DNA from: Octopus sinensis
Lineage: Eukaryota
Direction: 5' to 3'
DNA: 64,000 nt
Assembly (NCBI RefSeq): GCF_006345805.1
Contig: NC_043007.1
Span: forward strand, 70,556,001 to 70,620,000
Shown here: positions 12,650 through 25,504 of the stretch, piece by piece
Numbering within the stretch: position 1 is the first letter of the stretch
Layout of the letters: every line of letters begins with the position of its first letter
Notes under the pieces: generated by a model
The model's input: the letters and a program-made list of their open reading frames with translations, nothing else
Told to the model about the DNA's origin: nothing
Database searches by the model: none
Position numbers and translations under genes: made by a program

Positions 12650-15600
12650 ACTTGCTTGCACTCTCTGACTTTTTTCCTTTATTACCAGCTTTGTGTACTT
12701 TGCCAAGTTCACCAGAAACAAAAGTGAGGAAAATTCCATATTTCTGTAGCACTGCATCATTTCAAAAGAATGCAGTACATTTAGAGATGCAATCCAGTGA
12801 AAACATTAATGATAAAGTACTTCCAGCACGCCATGAAATGATATCGAAAAAACAATTTGTGCTGGGAAAGATATTCAACTTTCCCAAGGATTCAAAGAAA
12901 CGTTCATACAGCGAGTCTAGTTCAAGGAAGTCCTGTGACTTCATTATAATATTCAACATGATGCTGTTATCTCCTGGTATTGCCTGGCAGGAGTGCAGCA
13001 TAATAGAATTACAAAATCTAAGAAAACTGCCTTCTTGACTTGTGTACGAAACTGGGACAAAATTACAGGAAAAATCGCTCCACATAGCGTTCTGGTTACC
13101 ACAGGAAAGCAGTTAAAACTTTTGGTCAAAGACAGACATATCTGTGACTATGAATAAGCAGCCGATTCAGTAACAAGAAGTAGCCAAGCAAGCAAAATTA
13201 ATTTCAAAACGGTCAGGTTTTGTGGTAGGCAAGGCCTAGAATTAAAATGCATGAACATTCATACATCTTCATAAATATTGTAAAAAAAAACTTGCCAAAG
13301 AATGCAGTGCAGAAGTAAGTTAGTGGCTTAAACTTCAAGATAATTTTCTGATACCATATAAAATGAAATCCTACAAGCACATGCTCATAGCATCGTGCAT
13401 GAGATCAGAAAAAAAGTTGAAGATTCCATGTTTATTGGTATTATATGTGATGGCACCACTGACTACTCCAGCATAGAACAAAAATCATTGTCCGTTATGT
13501 TTCTGATGACTTGGATGCCTACAAAGATTTTCTCGTTTTTTATAATCCTCCTCACTGTTCTTTGGAGACACTAAAGTTATTCTGGACGTTTTAAACATTT
13601 CACTTGGCTCAAAATTATGCTGCTTTTCATTTGATTGTGCAAGTACCTTCAGTGGAAACATTTTAGGCATGCAAAGGATATTAAAAGACATATGTTCTGG
13701 TACTTATTTTGTACATTGCAGAAACCACTCTTTGGACCTTGTCCTCCAAGAAGTAGGATCTACGGTTGCCATTGTAGCTGATGCACTGAATTTGGTTCAT
13801 CAGTGCGCCATTCTTCTGAAAGAGTCACCAAAAAGAAAAGCACATTGGACAAGTCTTTATCGTAAGAAGCTCGTGTTGCAGGCTGTTTATCCAACTCGTT
13901 CGTGTTTTAGAGCAACAGCACTGAAGCGGACGGAAGATTTATTGCTGAAGCTTCTGAATGATACATCGCTATGAACAACAAAGGCTAACGTTAAAGGATT
14001 GCCGAAACAATCTGGCAAAGCTTCCACTTTCTTCGATATTAGTGTACCTGGAATATGTGAATCAATGGCACGTAGCTTACAGCATTCAGGCACAACAGCC
14101 GGTGACTGCTTGAAGCTGAACGAGAAGTTGAACAAATCGCTTTCAAAAATGAGAAATGAGAAAGTTTTTGAAAACTATTTCGGTGAAATATCCTCTGCTG
14201 ACTTCGTGAAACTGCTTAACACTTTTCGTTCTAAAATTATACCGCTGCGTTTCAAACATACGACAACCACTCTCTCTGTCATTAATGACTGGCATCAACA
14301 ATTTTTCAGCATCATTGATGTTGTCTAAAATGAATTGAATCGCCGCTTTCAGCAAAAGAGAATGTGCATGTGTTCTGAGTGAGAGGATATGCTCTGAGTT
14401 ATCGGCAGTCAGCTGTGAGACTTTTAATCTTGTAAATGCATATGTAACGAATATAATTGAGTTGGTTGGTACAGTTACCAGTTCTAACGGTAAATATTGA
14501 TTTGGAAACAATGTAATTGATGAAATGCTGGAGTCATTATATGCAACAATAAAAGTTTGTTATTAAAACGGCAAGTTGTAGTAATATGTGTAAGATGAAC
14601 AACGGATGAAGTTTTAAGGAAATGTTTATTTACCGTTACGTTACAATACCTTGCCTCGACGAGCAGGTTGATAAATCCAAAAGCATACGAAAGTTAGATG
14701 CGGTAGAATGCTTTATTACATAGTTTGGCGTATACGTATAGTTAGTAGCAATTACAGAGAGAGATAGAATGATGTTGTAAGAGACAGAATTAGAACAAGA
14801 GAGAAGTGTTGGGTCTTGTCTGACAGTAAACTTCATTTCTCGCTCTGACCAAGGTTCTAGCCAGACTACGTTCTCGCTGAGTTGTCACCGAGTGGTCATT
14901 AACTGATTTTTGTTTGGGATGTGCTTGCTTATATTAAGATCCAGAAGGATAGATATATTATTGAGAACAATAGATTTAGTTGGTGGCCTTGTTATCTGTT
15001 CTAGCTTTTGGTGAAGTAGAAGAGGTTTGAAAGGGTCAAGTGGTGAAGACAATATTTCGGCCTAGCTAAAGAGGTATCTGGAAAATGTAAAAGCTGCTGT
15101 CAGTGAAAAACCATTGTTCCATCGTGGGAAAAGTTCTGTAGTAGTGTTAATTCAAATTTGGCTATGGTGGATCGAATCCACTTCATGCATGCAAGATTCG
15201 CTACAAATATGTAACGGTAAATTAGGTGGAGTCAGTGGTCACCAGTTGTAAGAGTAAATGTAATGACATATGTTGTAGCCGGCAGTTATCGATTGTAACG
15301 GATGTTGATGTTGCAGATGTGCATGATAAAAGAAGAACACTGATCAAAGTTGATGTTGACTCCAATTTTTTATTTTACCTTTACTCAATATAATGCCATG
15401 CCTCAACGGGCTGGTGTATGTAATAATATAAGTGGAAAAACATGTGAGGTTAAGAGAGTTAATTTCTTCTTTTTTGGTTTGTGTTTGTGTTCTCATCGTT
15501 GTGTAGTAGTAAACCACAGCTAGAGATAGGGTAATGTTGAAGAGAAAAGAAAGTGAGCTAGTGAAAGTGAGAGTATTGGGACGAAACAACTGCTTCATTG

Positions 15601-16810
15601 GTGAGTTACCATAATTGTCTCTCTGTGCCTTTTTCCTTCAGAGACGGCGTTTCGTTTAGCCGGTCAACCAGACACGGTTCTCACTAATTGATTTTGGCTT
15701 ACGGAGTTTTTCTATTTATAACTATACAAAATTAGTGAGAAAAAATATTGCAGAGAACAATAAATATTCTCAATTATCTCAATTCTAACTTTTCATGGCC
15801 TAGAAAAGGTTAAGAGGGTCAAGTGGCAAAGACATAAATCGGCTCGGCAAAGCCATATGTTAAATGTAACCATTGTTTTTCTCTGAGAGAAATGCTATTG
15901 TAATGTCAGAAATTTGCCGATTCAGGTTCGAATCTACTCTATGCGTAAATGAAGTCACTACACATACCAGCCTTTTTCATTTCACTTGCCCTTATTGTCA
16001 TCACACATCAAGCTCTTTAGTGACCTGTGGACGGAAAAAGAAGCCTTGCCCAAATAATTACATGACATTCTGGAAAAATGGAGAGCTTCTGATGCTGTTA
16101 TTCGTTCTAGCAAGTATTGATGCTAATGCAGTTTAGCCCTAACCCTCATACATATGGAAAAGTGCTTCAAATCATTCCAAAAATTTTCTACTCTCGTTTT
16201 GGCAATGGAACTTTCCATGAGGATGTGCAAAGCTTTTTCATTGCATAAGTTTTTATGCACACGCATTATGGCACAGTGTTATACTGTGCCGCGTCATTGT
16301 GGTATGGTGCCATGTCTAAAAGGCGGCGAGCTGGCAGAATCGTTAGCATGTCGGGTGAAATGCTTAGCGGTATTTCGTCTGCCGTTACGTTGTGAGTTCA
16401 AATTCCGCCGAGGTCAACTTTGCCTTTCATCCTTTCGGGGTCGATAAATTAAGTACCAGTTACGCACTGGGGTCGATGTACTCGACTTAATACCTATGTC
16501 TGTCCTTGTTTGTCCCCTCTATGTTTAGCCCCTTGTGGGCAATAAAGAAATAGGTACCATGTCTTGAAATGGCAAAGTGCACTGAACGTTCTCTCGCTTA
16601 CAACTTATTCTGTCTTTGCATCAATCGAGAGAACGTTCAGCGCACTTCGCCGTTTGATAACCCGGCTCCGTGTCACAATGACACAGCACCGCCTATCACA
16701 TTGTGCCATTGTGCGCATTAAAACTTGTAGAAGGAAAACGCTTTGCACATTCTCATGGAAAGTTTCATTGCCAAAACGAGCGAGCATAGAACATTTTTTT
16801 GGAATGATTT
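12650..16810 (+). mobile_element. Decayed, interrupted hAT (Tip100/ZMYM1-like) transposase
   Basis: FVHCRNHSLDLVLQE and PTRSCFRA are present, plus the dimerisation motif ASIERTFSALRRL...MTQHRLSH at ~16615-16710. A SINE and ~1.3 kb of unassigned DNA interrupt it. Confidence 0.75.
16322..16552 (+). mobile_element. SINE family A, full monomer with ~12-bp TSD (GGT(G/A)CCATGTCT)
   Basis: Head GGCGGCGAGCTGGCAGAATCG. TSD at 16306-16317 and 16553-16564. Other monomers or fragments lie at ~20650, 21470, 28669, 48582, 58010 and 61100-61660. Confidence 0.88.
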
Positions 16811-16829
16811 GAAGCGCTTTTATAAATAT

Positions 16830-17440
16830 ACAAGAATGGTCTGAAAAGTTTACTGATTGACAATGAAAGAGAGGTGAGAGAGCTGTGGAATCTTGCTTTT
16901 AGTAATTTCAAGTTTTCTCGTTAAAAACAGCATTATTTCTTTCCGAGTAAACTGACATCTGCTTGTTCAGAGAAACTTCAAATGTAAACTATTAGCAACT
17001 TCTTTTGAAAACTCAACAAAATTTGGCATCGTGCTGTAATCAAGTAACTGCAGAAAAAGGGTCTAGCTCTCAAGGACATTCATGCTGACATGGTTGATAC
17101 ATTAGGGGATGACGCCCTAGCCTTATCAACAATGCAAAACTGGCATCTGAATTTAGCAGGGGAAGAGAGAGCCTTGAGAAAACTCATAGTCAGGACGTCC
17201 TGCAGCTGCCATCGTCGGTAAAAGCATTGATCGTGTTCATCACATGGTGATGGATGATAGGCGATTGACTATAAATCAAATAGTCAATGTTATTAGCATA
17301 TCACGTGAGAGAGTGCAGAATATTTTGCTCAATGAACTTAGCATGACGTAAGTTTCTGTTCGGTGGATGCCACGTCTTCTGATACTTCATCAAAAAAGCA
17401 CTAATTATGGGAATATCTGACATTGTTTGAGGCAGGTCCT
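16830..17440 (+). mobile_element. Mariner transposase N-terminal fragment
   Basis: AVIK...KDIHADMVDTLGDDA, DDRRLTINQI...ISRERV and RWMPRLL. Confidence 0.8.
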
Positions 17441-17814
17441 TGATAAATTAACTACCAGTCAAGTACTAGGGTCATGTGATCGTCTATTCCCCTCCCCCAA
17501 ATTTCAGACTTTGAGCCTATAGTAGAAAGGAGGAGAAAGGATTACATCTGCATTCGATTTGATATTAACACTGAAAAAATCCACATTTTTCGTAAAAAAT
17601 TTTGAACCTGAGTTTGCACCCCCTAATCAAATTTCGTTCCCGGGACACTGGTGACACGTTGTTTTATGCGCACAATAAGCAATGATTTGTTTCATTCAAA
17701 TATAGGAATATACTCAACAAAGAATTAAGTAAAAGAAGGTGAAACAATATTGAAATTAAAGAAATAAAAGAAAGGTTTCAGAGATCAAAATAAACATTAG
17801 TTTCTAACTCTTTT

Positions 17815-18009
17815 ACTCTTTCACTTGTTTCAGTCATTTGACTGTGGCAATGCTGGAGCACCGCCTTTAGTCGAGCAAATCGACCCCAGGACTTATTCTT
17901 TGTAAACCTAGTACTTATTCTATCGGCCTCTTTTGCCGAACCGCTAAGTTACGAGGACATAAACACACACCAGAATCGGTTGTCAAGCGATGCTGGAGGG
18001 ACAAATACA

Positions 18010-18065
<56 letters not shown>

Positions 18066-18228
18066 CGACGAGCTTCTTTCAGTTTCCGTCTACCAAATCC
18101 ACTCACAAGGCTTTGGTCGGCCCGAGGCTATAGTAGAAGACACTTGCCCAAGGTGCCAGACAGTGGGACTGAACCCGGGACCATGTGGTTGGTAAGCAAG
18201 CTACTTACCACACAGCCACTCCTACGCC
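17815..18228 (-). mobile_element. SINE family B (tRNA head, CORE-like CCTTGGGCAAGT domain, internal microsatellite, second domain), resembling octopus OR-type SINEs
   Basis: Head GGCGTAGGAGTGGCTGTGTGG, B-box-like GGTTCAGTCCC. Other copies at ~11765-12030(-), 18328-18495(+), 25980-26420(+), 30723-31210(+) and 50045-50443(-). Confidence 0.8.
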
Positions 18229-18739
18229 TGTTTTTATTTATGTATACAACATTGTCTACAGCAAGCCAGAGATATGAAATGTCTGTTTATATAATGTAGT
18301 GATTTTTACGTTTTAACTTTTCATATAGGCGTAGGAGTGGCTGTGTGGTAAGTAGCTTGCTTACCAACCACATGGTTCCGGGTTCAGTCCCACTGAGTGG
18401 CACTTTGGTTAAGTGTCTTCTACTATAGCCTCGGGCCAACCAAAGCCTTGTAAGTGAATTTGGTAGGCGGAAAAACCCCGTCGTATGTATATATATCTGT
18501 TTCAATACATGACTTCACATTAAGAATCTTGCAACGCAAATTCATAAACGTGTGTGTGTGTGTGTGTATTAATTCATGAGAAGCAGATCAATAATATAAT
18601 TTGTTTTAAAATGGCTGAAAGAAATTAATCATTGAACTACTTTCTGAAATGACTGAATGGAGGAAACTGAAGTGGACAGAGCCTGTGATTTATCTTGGTT
18701 GCTTGTGTAAAGATCGAGATAAAAAAAAAAGTGATAGAT

Positions 18740-18836
<97 letters not shown>

Positions 18837-19473
18837 CGGAATTCCTTATTGTGGAGAAAGTAACTTGGATCTTTTCAATTCTGAAGCCAGGACCACAGAT
18901 CTTTCTACTTAACTAAATAATCTGAAACTTCGTATGCTGATAGAGTCTAGCAAAACAAGACACAGGTTGGAACTAGTTTATTTGAGAAAAATCTATTTTA
19001 TGACTTTAATCGTAGATTAAAACTGCGAATTTTAACCAATCAGATTGTTTGTTTTCATGTGTAAAACTTGACTGCATTCTATTAGTGTGACGTAGAAAGC
19101 GCTTTTGTGACGTACTAACGTTCGGAAAACTGTAAACAAACACAGAACGTAACGGCAGACGAAATACGGCTACGCATTTCGCCCGGCGTGCTAACGTTTC
19201 TGCCAGCTCTTTGCTTTTTTAATATTAAATTTCGGCGAAGTTTCTCTTGTCGTAGCACAAGTTTTCCGTCGATTTCCGTAAAAAACTTTTATTTTTTTAC
19301 ATAAGTAATGAGAGCGAAAGAGACTAAGAGGAAGCGATTTTATGACGAGGGAAGTTTGTCTTTGAAGTTACCGTCTAGGGGAAGCATTGATGTACATGTG
19401 TGTGTGTGTGTGTGTGTGTGTTTGATGGGGTGTGGGAGACAGTATGTTGTGTAAGTGAAGTGCTTCTGTTAGT

Positions 19474-19751
19474 GTGTGTGAAGAGACAGAGAGAGTAATG
19501 TGTGAAAGAGAGAGATAACTGAAATTTTTTACTCGGTGTATGTGTATATGTATGTCTGCATGTATGTGTGTGTGTGTATGTATGGCCGATTCATCGTAAT
19601 TACGATGAATCGGCCATACATACATACACACACACACATACTTACACATACACACACACATACATGCAGACATACATATACACATACACCGAGTAAAAAA
19701 TTTCAGTTATCTCTCTCTTTCACACATTACTCTCTCTGTCTCTTCACACAC
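19474..19751. repeat. Fold-back palindrome with no loop (centre CGTAA|TTACG at 19599/19600) inside a copy of the 21606 MITE family
   Basis: GGCCGATTCATCGTAATTACGATGAATCGGCC, with mirrored flanks. Confidence 0.88.
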
Positions 19752-20152
19752 GCTTGTTTACATTTAAGATGTTTAATACGTCACGAAATTGGTGGTCGAG
19801 ACGGAGTAAATAAAATAAAGCCGAATGACGGAATATCATTGGTTAAAATTCTAATTATTAAACAACGTTAAACTTAGAAGTTACAATTCCGTTTTCATTC
19901 TGGTTTACAATTAAGTTTACTTTTGACACATTCTACCAGTATACGAAGTTTCAAATTGTTTGGTTCAGTAGGAAAAATTTGAAAAAACTGGCTTCAGAAT
20001 AGAAAAGATCCAGTAACTTTTTAAATTTTAAAAGAAATTTAAAGAACGGAGATTCAGAATTTTATTTTTATTTTGTAAGTAATTTTCTTCAATAATTTTT
20101 TTTAATTTTCGAAAGTGGTAGTTAAATGCGTCAATGACAACGTTCAGAAGAT

Positions 20153-20214
<62 letters not shown>

Positions 20215-20277
20215 TGTGTGTGTATACATGCATGCATACATACATACATGCATACATACATACATACATACATACAT

Positions 20278-20359
<82 letters not shown>

Positions 20360-21392
20360 GGAAGAAAGAGGTGAGTAGAGTTGAAAGCCAAACCGGAAAT
20401 TACAAACAGATGTCACAAAAATTAAGATAAAAACTTACACAGACTGGATTCTAAGTTTAATTTCATACAGTTTATTTTGCTCTTTAAAAGGCCACAGGAA
20501 AAGTTTGTGAAAATGCTTTCTGTGACAATGTTTGGCAAGTTTTAGAGCTTCTTTGAGGCTTGTTGAAACTGCCCAATTACTAACCTTCCAGGTTCTTAGC
20601 AGCATACAAATACGAAAGCGTTACGTCGAAAATATAAAGTACATGATTGCAACGAGCTGGCGGAATCGTTAGTACGCCTGGCATAATGCTTAGCGGCATT
20701 TCGTCTGTTTGTACGTTGAGTTCAAATTCTGCCTTGGTTGACGTTGCCTTTTATGTTTTCGCATTCGATAAAATAAGTACCAGTTGAGGACTTGGATGGA
20801 TGTAATCGACTTACCCCTCTCCCCACACTTCAGGCCTTGTGCCAAAATTTGAAACCAATATAAAGTACACGCAAAAGATAGCTTATTCATAAAATTAAGA
20901 TATTATGTCAAAATTGAAGAATATTCTCAACATCAAATTGTTAAAAAAAATGCTTACTGGTGGATTCGGTTGCATTCAAACACAATTTGAAAAATGACTA
21001 AGTGTATAGAGTTGTGGCGTTACCAACTATATCTAACCCGATAATATGTCATGATTTATTTTGTTTAATTATACTTTGTTTTAATTATTATTTTGTACTT
21101 TTAAAAAATAATTTCCATGCAAATCTGTGTGGGCTTGTATGCATGAATATATTTGCATTTGTATATAGATAAGTATATGTATCTAGTTGTGTATGTGTGC
21201 GTGTGTGCGACGTCTTTCCACATATACTACAACGTCCCATTCCCCCCCTCACTCTCTTCATATACGTGGATAGGATTTTTCTCACATTTCCATTACCTTT
21301 TCTATTTTTGTAATCCCTAGAGAAAGTTTTGTATTTTGGCTCTTGATCGAGTCCTTGTAAACTAATAAAGAGATTATTATTATTATTATTAC

Positions 21393-21472
<80 letters not shown>

Positions 21473-21605
21473 CGGTAGATTGGCGGAATCGTTAGGGCGT
21501 CGGAAAAGATACTTTGCGGTGTTGGTTCCGGCTTTTTACGTTTTGAGTTGAAATCTTGCCAAGATTAACTTTGTTTTTCATTTTTTCAGGGTCGATAAAA
21601 TAAAG

Positions 21606-22019
21606 GGCGATCTTTCGTCTCTAGTAGACCTTTCCGTCGATTTCCGTAAAAAATTTTTTTTTTTACATATGGGCTTGCAGGAACTTTTGAAGTAATATAC
21701 ATACATATACACATAAACCGAGTAAAAAATTTCAGTTATCTCTTTCTTTCACACATTACTCTCTCTTCACACACACTAACAGAAGCACTTCACTTACACA
21801 ACATACTGTCTGTCTCCCACACCCCATCAAACACACACACACACACACATTGTACATCAATGCTTCCCATGCACGGTAACTTCAAAAGAACTTCCCTCGT
21901 CATACAATCGCTTTCTCTTAGTCTCTTTCGCTCTCATTACTTCAAAAGTTCCCGCAAGCCCATATGTAAAAAAAAAAGAAGTTTTTTACGGAAAGGTCTA
22001 CTAGAGACGAAAGATTGCC
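21606..22019. mobile_element. MITE with GGC(G/A)ATCTTTCGTCTCTAG TIRs and 8-bp TSD AAATAAAG (Merlin-like), inserted into a family A SINE
   Basis: TSD at 21598-21605 and 22020-22027. A related copy starts at ~19234. Confidence 0.8.
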
Positions 22020-22980
22020 AAATAAAGTACTAATCAAGAAATGGAGACCGGAAGTATCGACTCACCCCACGCCCCTGGAAGTTGCTCGCCTTGTGCCTCA
22101 ATCGGAAACTATTATCGTTAACATGGAAGACTGAAGTTGTGATATATCTAAGCCAAATTGGGCTTTTTGTTGGGTGGGATATTAGTTTTCTGTATGTAAA
22201 TATATAAGCAGAGTTGCTGAATTAAAATAACTTTTCTTTCTATCAACGAAATATGGAAAAAATGCGAGTGAAACGTTAAAACCCAAATGTAACAAAGGCT
22301 CGCGGTATGTTAACTCTTTGCCATTATTGCTTAGCACCACTTGACAAACTTAACGAAATATATTAACATCAACAGCCTCAGAGTGTCTGTCTTTCTCCCC
22401 TCCCACACCTTTAATTTATCTCTTTGTGTATCTATTTATTTTTAATTTTGACATTCGCCCGTAGATGTGGGCGTTAATAAATCTCAGCGCAGTAATTCCA
22501 AGTATTTGTGTCTTTTACCCGTTGTAATAATAATGACGTACATATATTCTAGGTTTTCTGTTTTTCAGTGTAATAAATGCGTAGGTTTGAAATATATTTT
22601 AAGAGATCAACAGACGTAAATACATCAACCTATTGCTGTAACGCCTATATACGTATCGCATTGTATATGTATAAATTAGAAATCGACGGTGGTTTTACGC
22701 ATATATTGTTTGTATAACTGGAGAGTAGGTACTGCAACTGAATAAAAAAAATAGACCTTGAAAATACAATGGTAGCCAAATGGGAAAGACTTCCTCCCGT
22801 CAGCCCACCATTTTCTCGCAAATTATTGCTTTTTTAAAATTTTTTCTTTGTCAAAAACCCACATTTTCGGATAGGAAGATTCCGGAAAATTGCAAAAAAA
22901 TCGGGAATTTGAATTTTTTGCACCCCACTTTATTTCCCTCCACCCTCAGAATTTCTTCATTTTTCACTTTCTTTCCGTGA

Positions 22981-23080
22981 CCCTAACCCTAAAACCTCAA
23001 CACTAACCCTAACCCTAAAACCTTAACCCTAGCCCTAAAACCGTAGCTCTTACCCTAAAACCCTAACCCTAAAACCCTAA
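22981..23080. repeat. Degenerate interstitial (CCCTAA)n telomere-like tract
   Basis: CCCTAACCCTAAAACC units. Confidence 0.8.
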
Positions 23081-23117
23081 ATAGAAAAACAGCAGTTTGC
23101 AATGTTTCTCCAAAAAG

Positions 23118-23410
23118 GAGAATTATGAATGTCACTAAACGTGACCAGGGTGTTAGGAAATACCTACACTGCTAGAAATAAGAGCTAAACCGTTCTAATG
23201 CTGTAGTTAACGCACATGAATGAAAACATATAGACTAACAGGGACCATAATCGTCTGAAAAGTGCCGATCGAGAACGATTTGGGTCCCTGTTAGTGTGTA
23301 TTTTTATTCATGTGCGTTGACTACAGCATTAGAGCGGCCTAGCTCTTATTTCTAGCAATATAAGTGTTTACTAACACCCTAGTCACATTTAGTGACATTT
23401 ATAATTCTTC
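23118..23410. mobile_element. MITE/palindrome with ~135-bp inverted arms
   Basis: AGAATTATGAATGTCACTAAA...CTAACAGGGACC pairs with GGTCCCTGTTAG...TTTAGTGACATTTATAATTCT. Confidence 0.82.
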
Positions 23411-23571
23411 TTGTGTGTGTGTGTGGCAGAACTGTTTAGCACATTAATTTGATTGTAATATTAGACATCTTGTCAATTTGACTGTTTTAATCTTAAATAT
23501 TGGAAAATTGGCTCACCTGAGCCTTTCTTGGCATTAAGTCACATGGCTCTGTTGTTGGCCAAATTAGTTGC

Positions 23572-24980
23572 AGGCAGTGGTGGGCACAGGTAACCGAAAA
23601 GTTAGTTTCGCTTACCGCTAATCCGCTAACTAAAAAAGTTGGCTTCACAAACTCTAAACGCTAAAAAAGTAAAAAAAAACCAACAAATTAGCGGACGCTA
23701 ACGCTGATAACTGCTAACTTTTATTATATGAATTTAGTTTTGGTTTGGTGCTTTTTTGCTCTAAAATCCCTAAAAACAGACCTAGAGAACTGAAATTTTC
23801 ATGTTGTAGCTTAGACATAAAGCTTTCCAAAAAGATATAGCATACCAAGATCTGATGATGATCAAATTGTACGCAAATAATTAAATGAATAAATGAAATT
23901 ACACATTAGTCAACATACACTTTATTTACTGTACAAAAAGTATTAAATGAATCAAAATGGTATAGTATAGCATAGGTATCATGTCAAGATCAGATGTTGA
24001 TCAAGATGTACAACTCTGGCTGGGCCTTCATCGTTTCGACGTGATGCTGATGGCCCTTCATAAACATCAGCCTCTCAAAGTTACCATCTGACAGAGTGGC
24101 TCTCTTGGTCTTCAAAATATCTTTGCCTATAGAGAATAGGCGCTGAACTGCTGCACTGGATGAGATCGACATGGTGAACAGGTCAATCATAACCTGCTCA
24201 TCCAAAAAGGCGACTTCAATCAGGACCGCCTTCGAGACGGCCTCCAGCTAGGTCTTCACCAAGTTCTGCGATTTGGATTTCAGTGACTTGTGGCTCCTGC
24301 TCTCCCGGAACCGAGTGATGTTGCTGAAGAAATCACCTTTCTTATCGTCATTGCTGCTGGTCTAGCTGCCCTCCTCATTGATCTCCATTAGGGCTGTCTT
24401 TAAGACGGTCTCCATAGCGTTCGTTACTCTGCCGACCTGGCTATTATTATACTGCTCCAGCCAGAACAGGTAAAACTTGGGGTGGAAGGCAGCGATCAGC
24501 TGGCACTTCAGGTCGTCTAGAAGGAGCCCAAACCTTTTCGTGGTGCCTGCCAGTCTCACCTCTACTAGAAGACTGCAGTACAAGAGATGTTTGAACTTGG
24601 CCTCCTCAAACTTCATGACAGTAGCCGCTACAGTTGTCAGATAGCTCCCGAAATAAACCTGGTCCTCCCACTAGATTTTATCCAAGACCTTGGCAACATT
24701 AGACATCACATGGGTGTATTCCGTCAAGAAGCCGACATCAGAATCAGTGAGGGCCTGCAGTTTCAGATGTGTCATCACCCTGTGGACAGCTTCCCTATTC
24801 TCCTCCAACAGGTTGTTGAGGACAACAACAGAGTATAGGTAGAGTTCCATCTAATACTGTTGGGGACCACCAGCTTCCTCTTCAACGCGTCCAGAGTGTT
24901 GTCTGTCGCCACCGTGATGTGGCTCTGCAGATTCCACAGCCGCTGTGCCTTGACCATGGCCTTACTGTAGGCCGACTTGA
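23572..24980 (-). mobile_element. 3' half of a decayed hAT (Ac-like) transposon
   Basis: VPNSIRWNSTY, AAFHPKF and SSAAVQRLFSIG...LSDGNFERL (dimerisation domain). Terminus CAGTGGTGGGCAC with GCTAAC subterminal repeats. Confidence 0.85.
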
Positions 24981-25326
24981 ACGAAACGCTATCAAGAGCC
25001 TTGTCGGAATCACTGCATTCTCATTCACACCACAAGGCCCCTTTGAATGAACAGCATATGGAATTTACGTCTCCACACTTTCCATTTGTGATGACAAAAT
25101 ATGAACTTCTATTAGAATTTACATACTACGGACAGGAAGCATTTATACCACTTCTACACACCACTTTCTTTGGATAATGGAACTGCAACTATAACATCTT
25201 TATACATTTTAATTTTTATTTCTACATTCATTCTCCTATTTCCCTATATACTCCTTATTTGCTTCCTCTTCAAAATAACTCATATATTGAACTCTAATAT
25301 TTCCCTCTATTTAACCATCTCACATC

Positions 25327-25374
25327 GTCTCTGATGAAGGGATATCTGTTATATCCCAGAAACAGCTGTAAGAC
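25327..25374 (+). ncRNA. Minimal type I hammerhead ribozyme motif with an intact core, at the 3' end of a Penelope-like fragment (~24990-25430)
   Basis: GTCT-CTGATGA-A-GGGATAT ctgtt ATATCCC-A-GAAA-C AGCT G-TA-AGAC. Predicted cleavage after A25370. Confidence 0.75.
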
Positions 25375-25454
25375 TAACTTTCTCTTTATAGATGTCCTGA
25401 AAACTCCACTCAGCCTTGGCTTTGTTGCCTCATGTTATTTAGCACACGCACACA

Positions 25455-25504
<50 letters not shown>

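Noticed and set aside
22981-23080. True telomere or chromosome fusion site
   Set aside because: The tract is short, degenerate, single-orientation and embedded among repeats.
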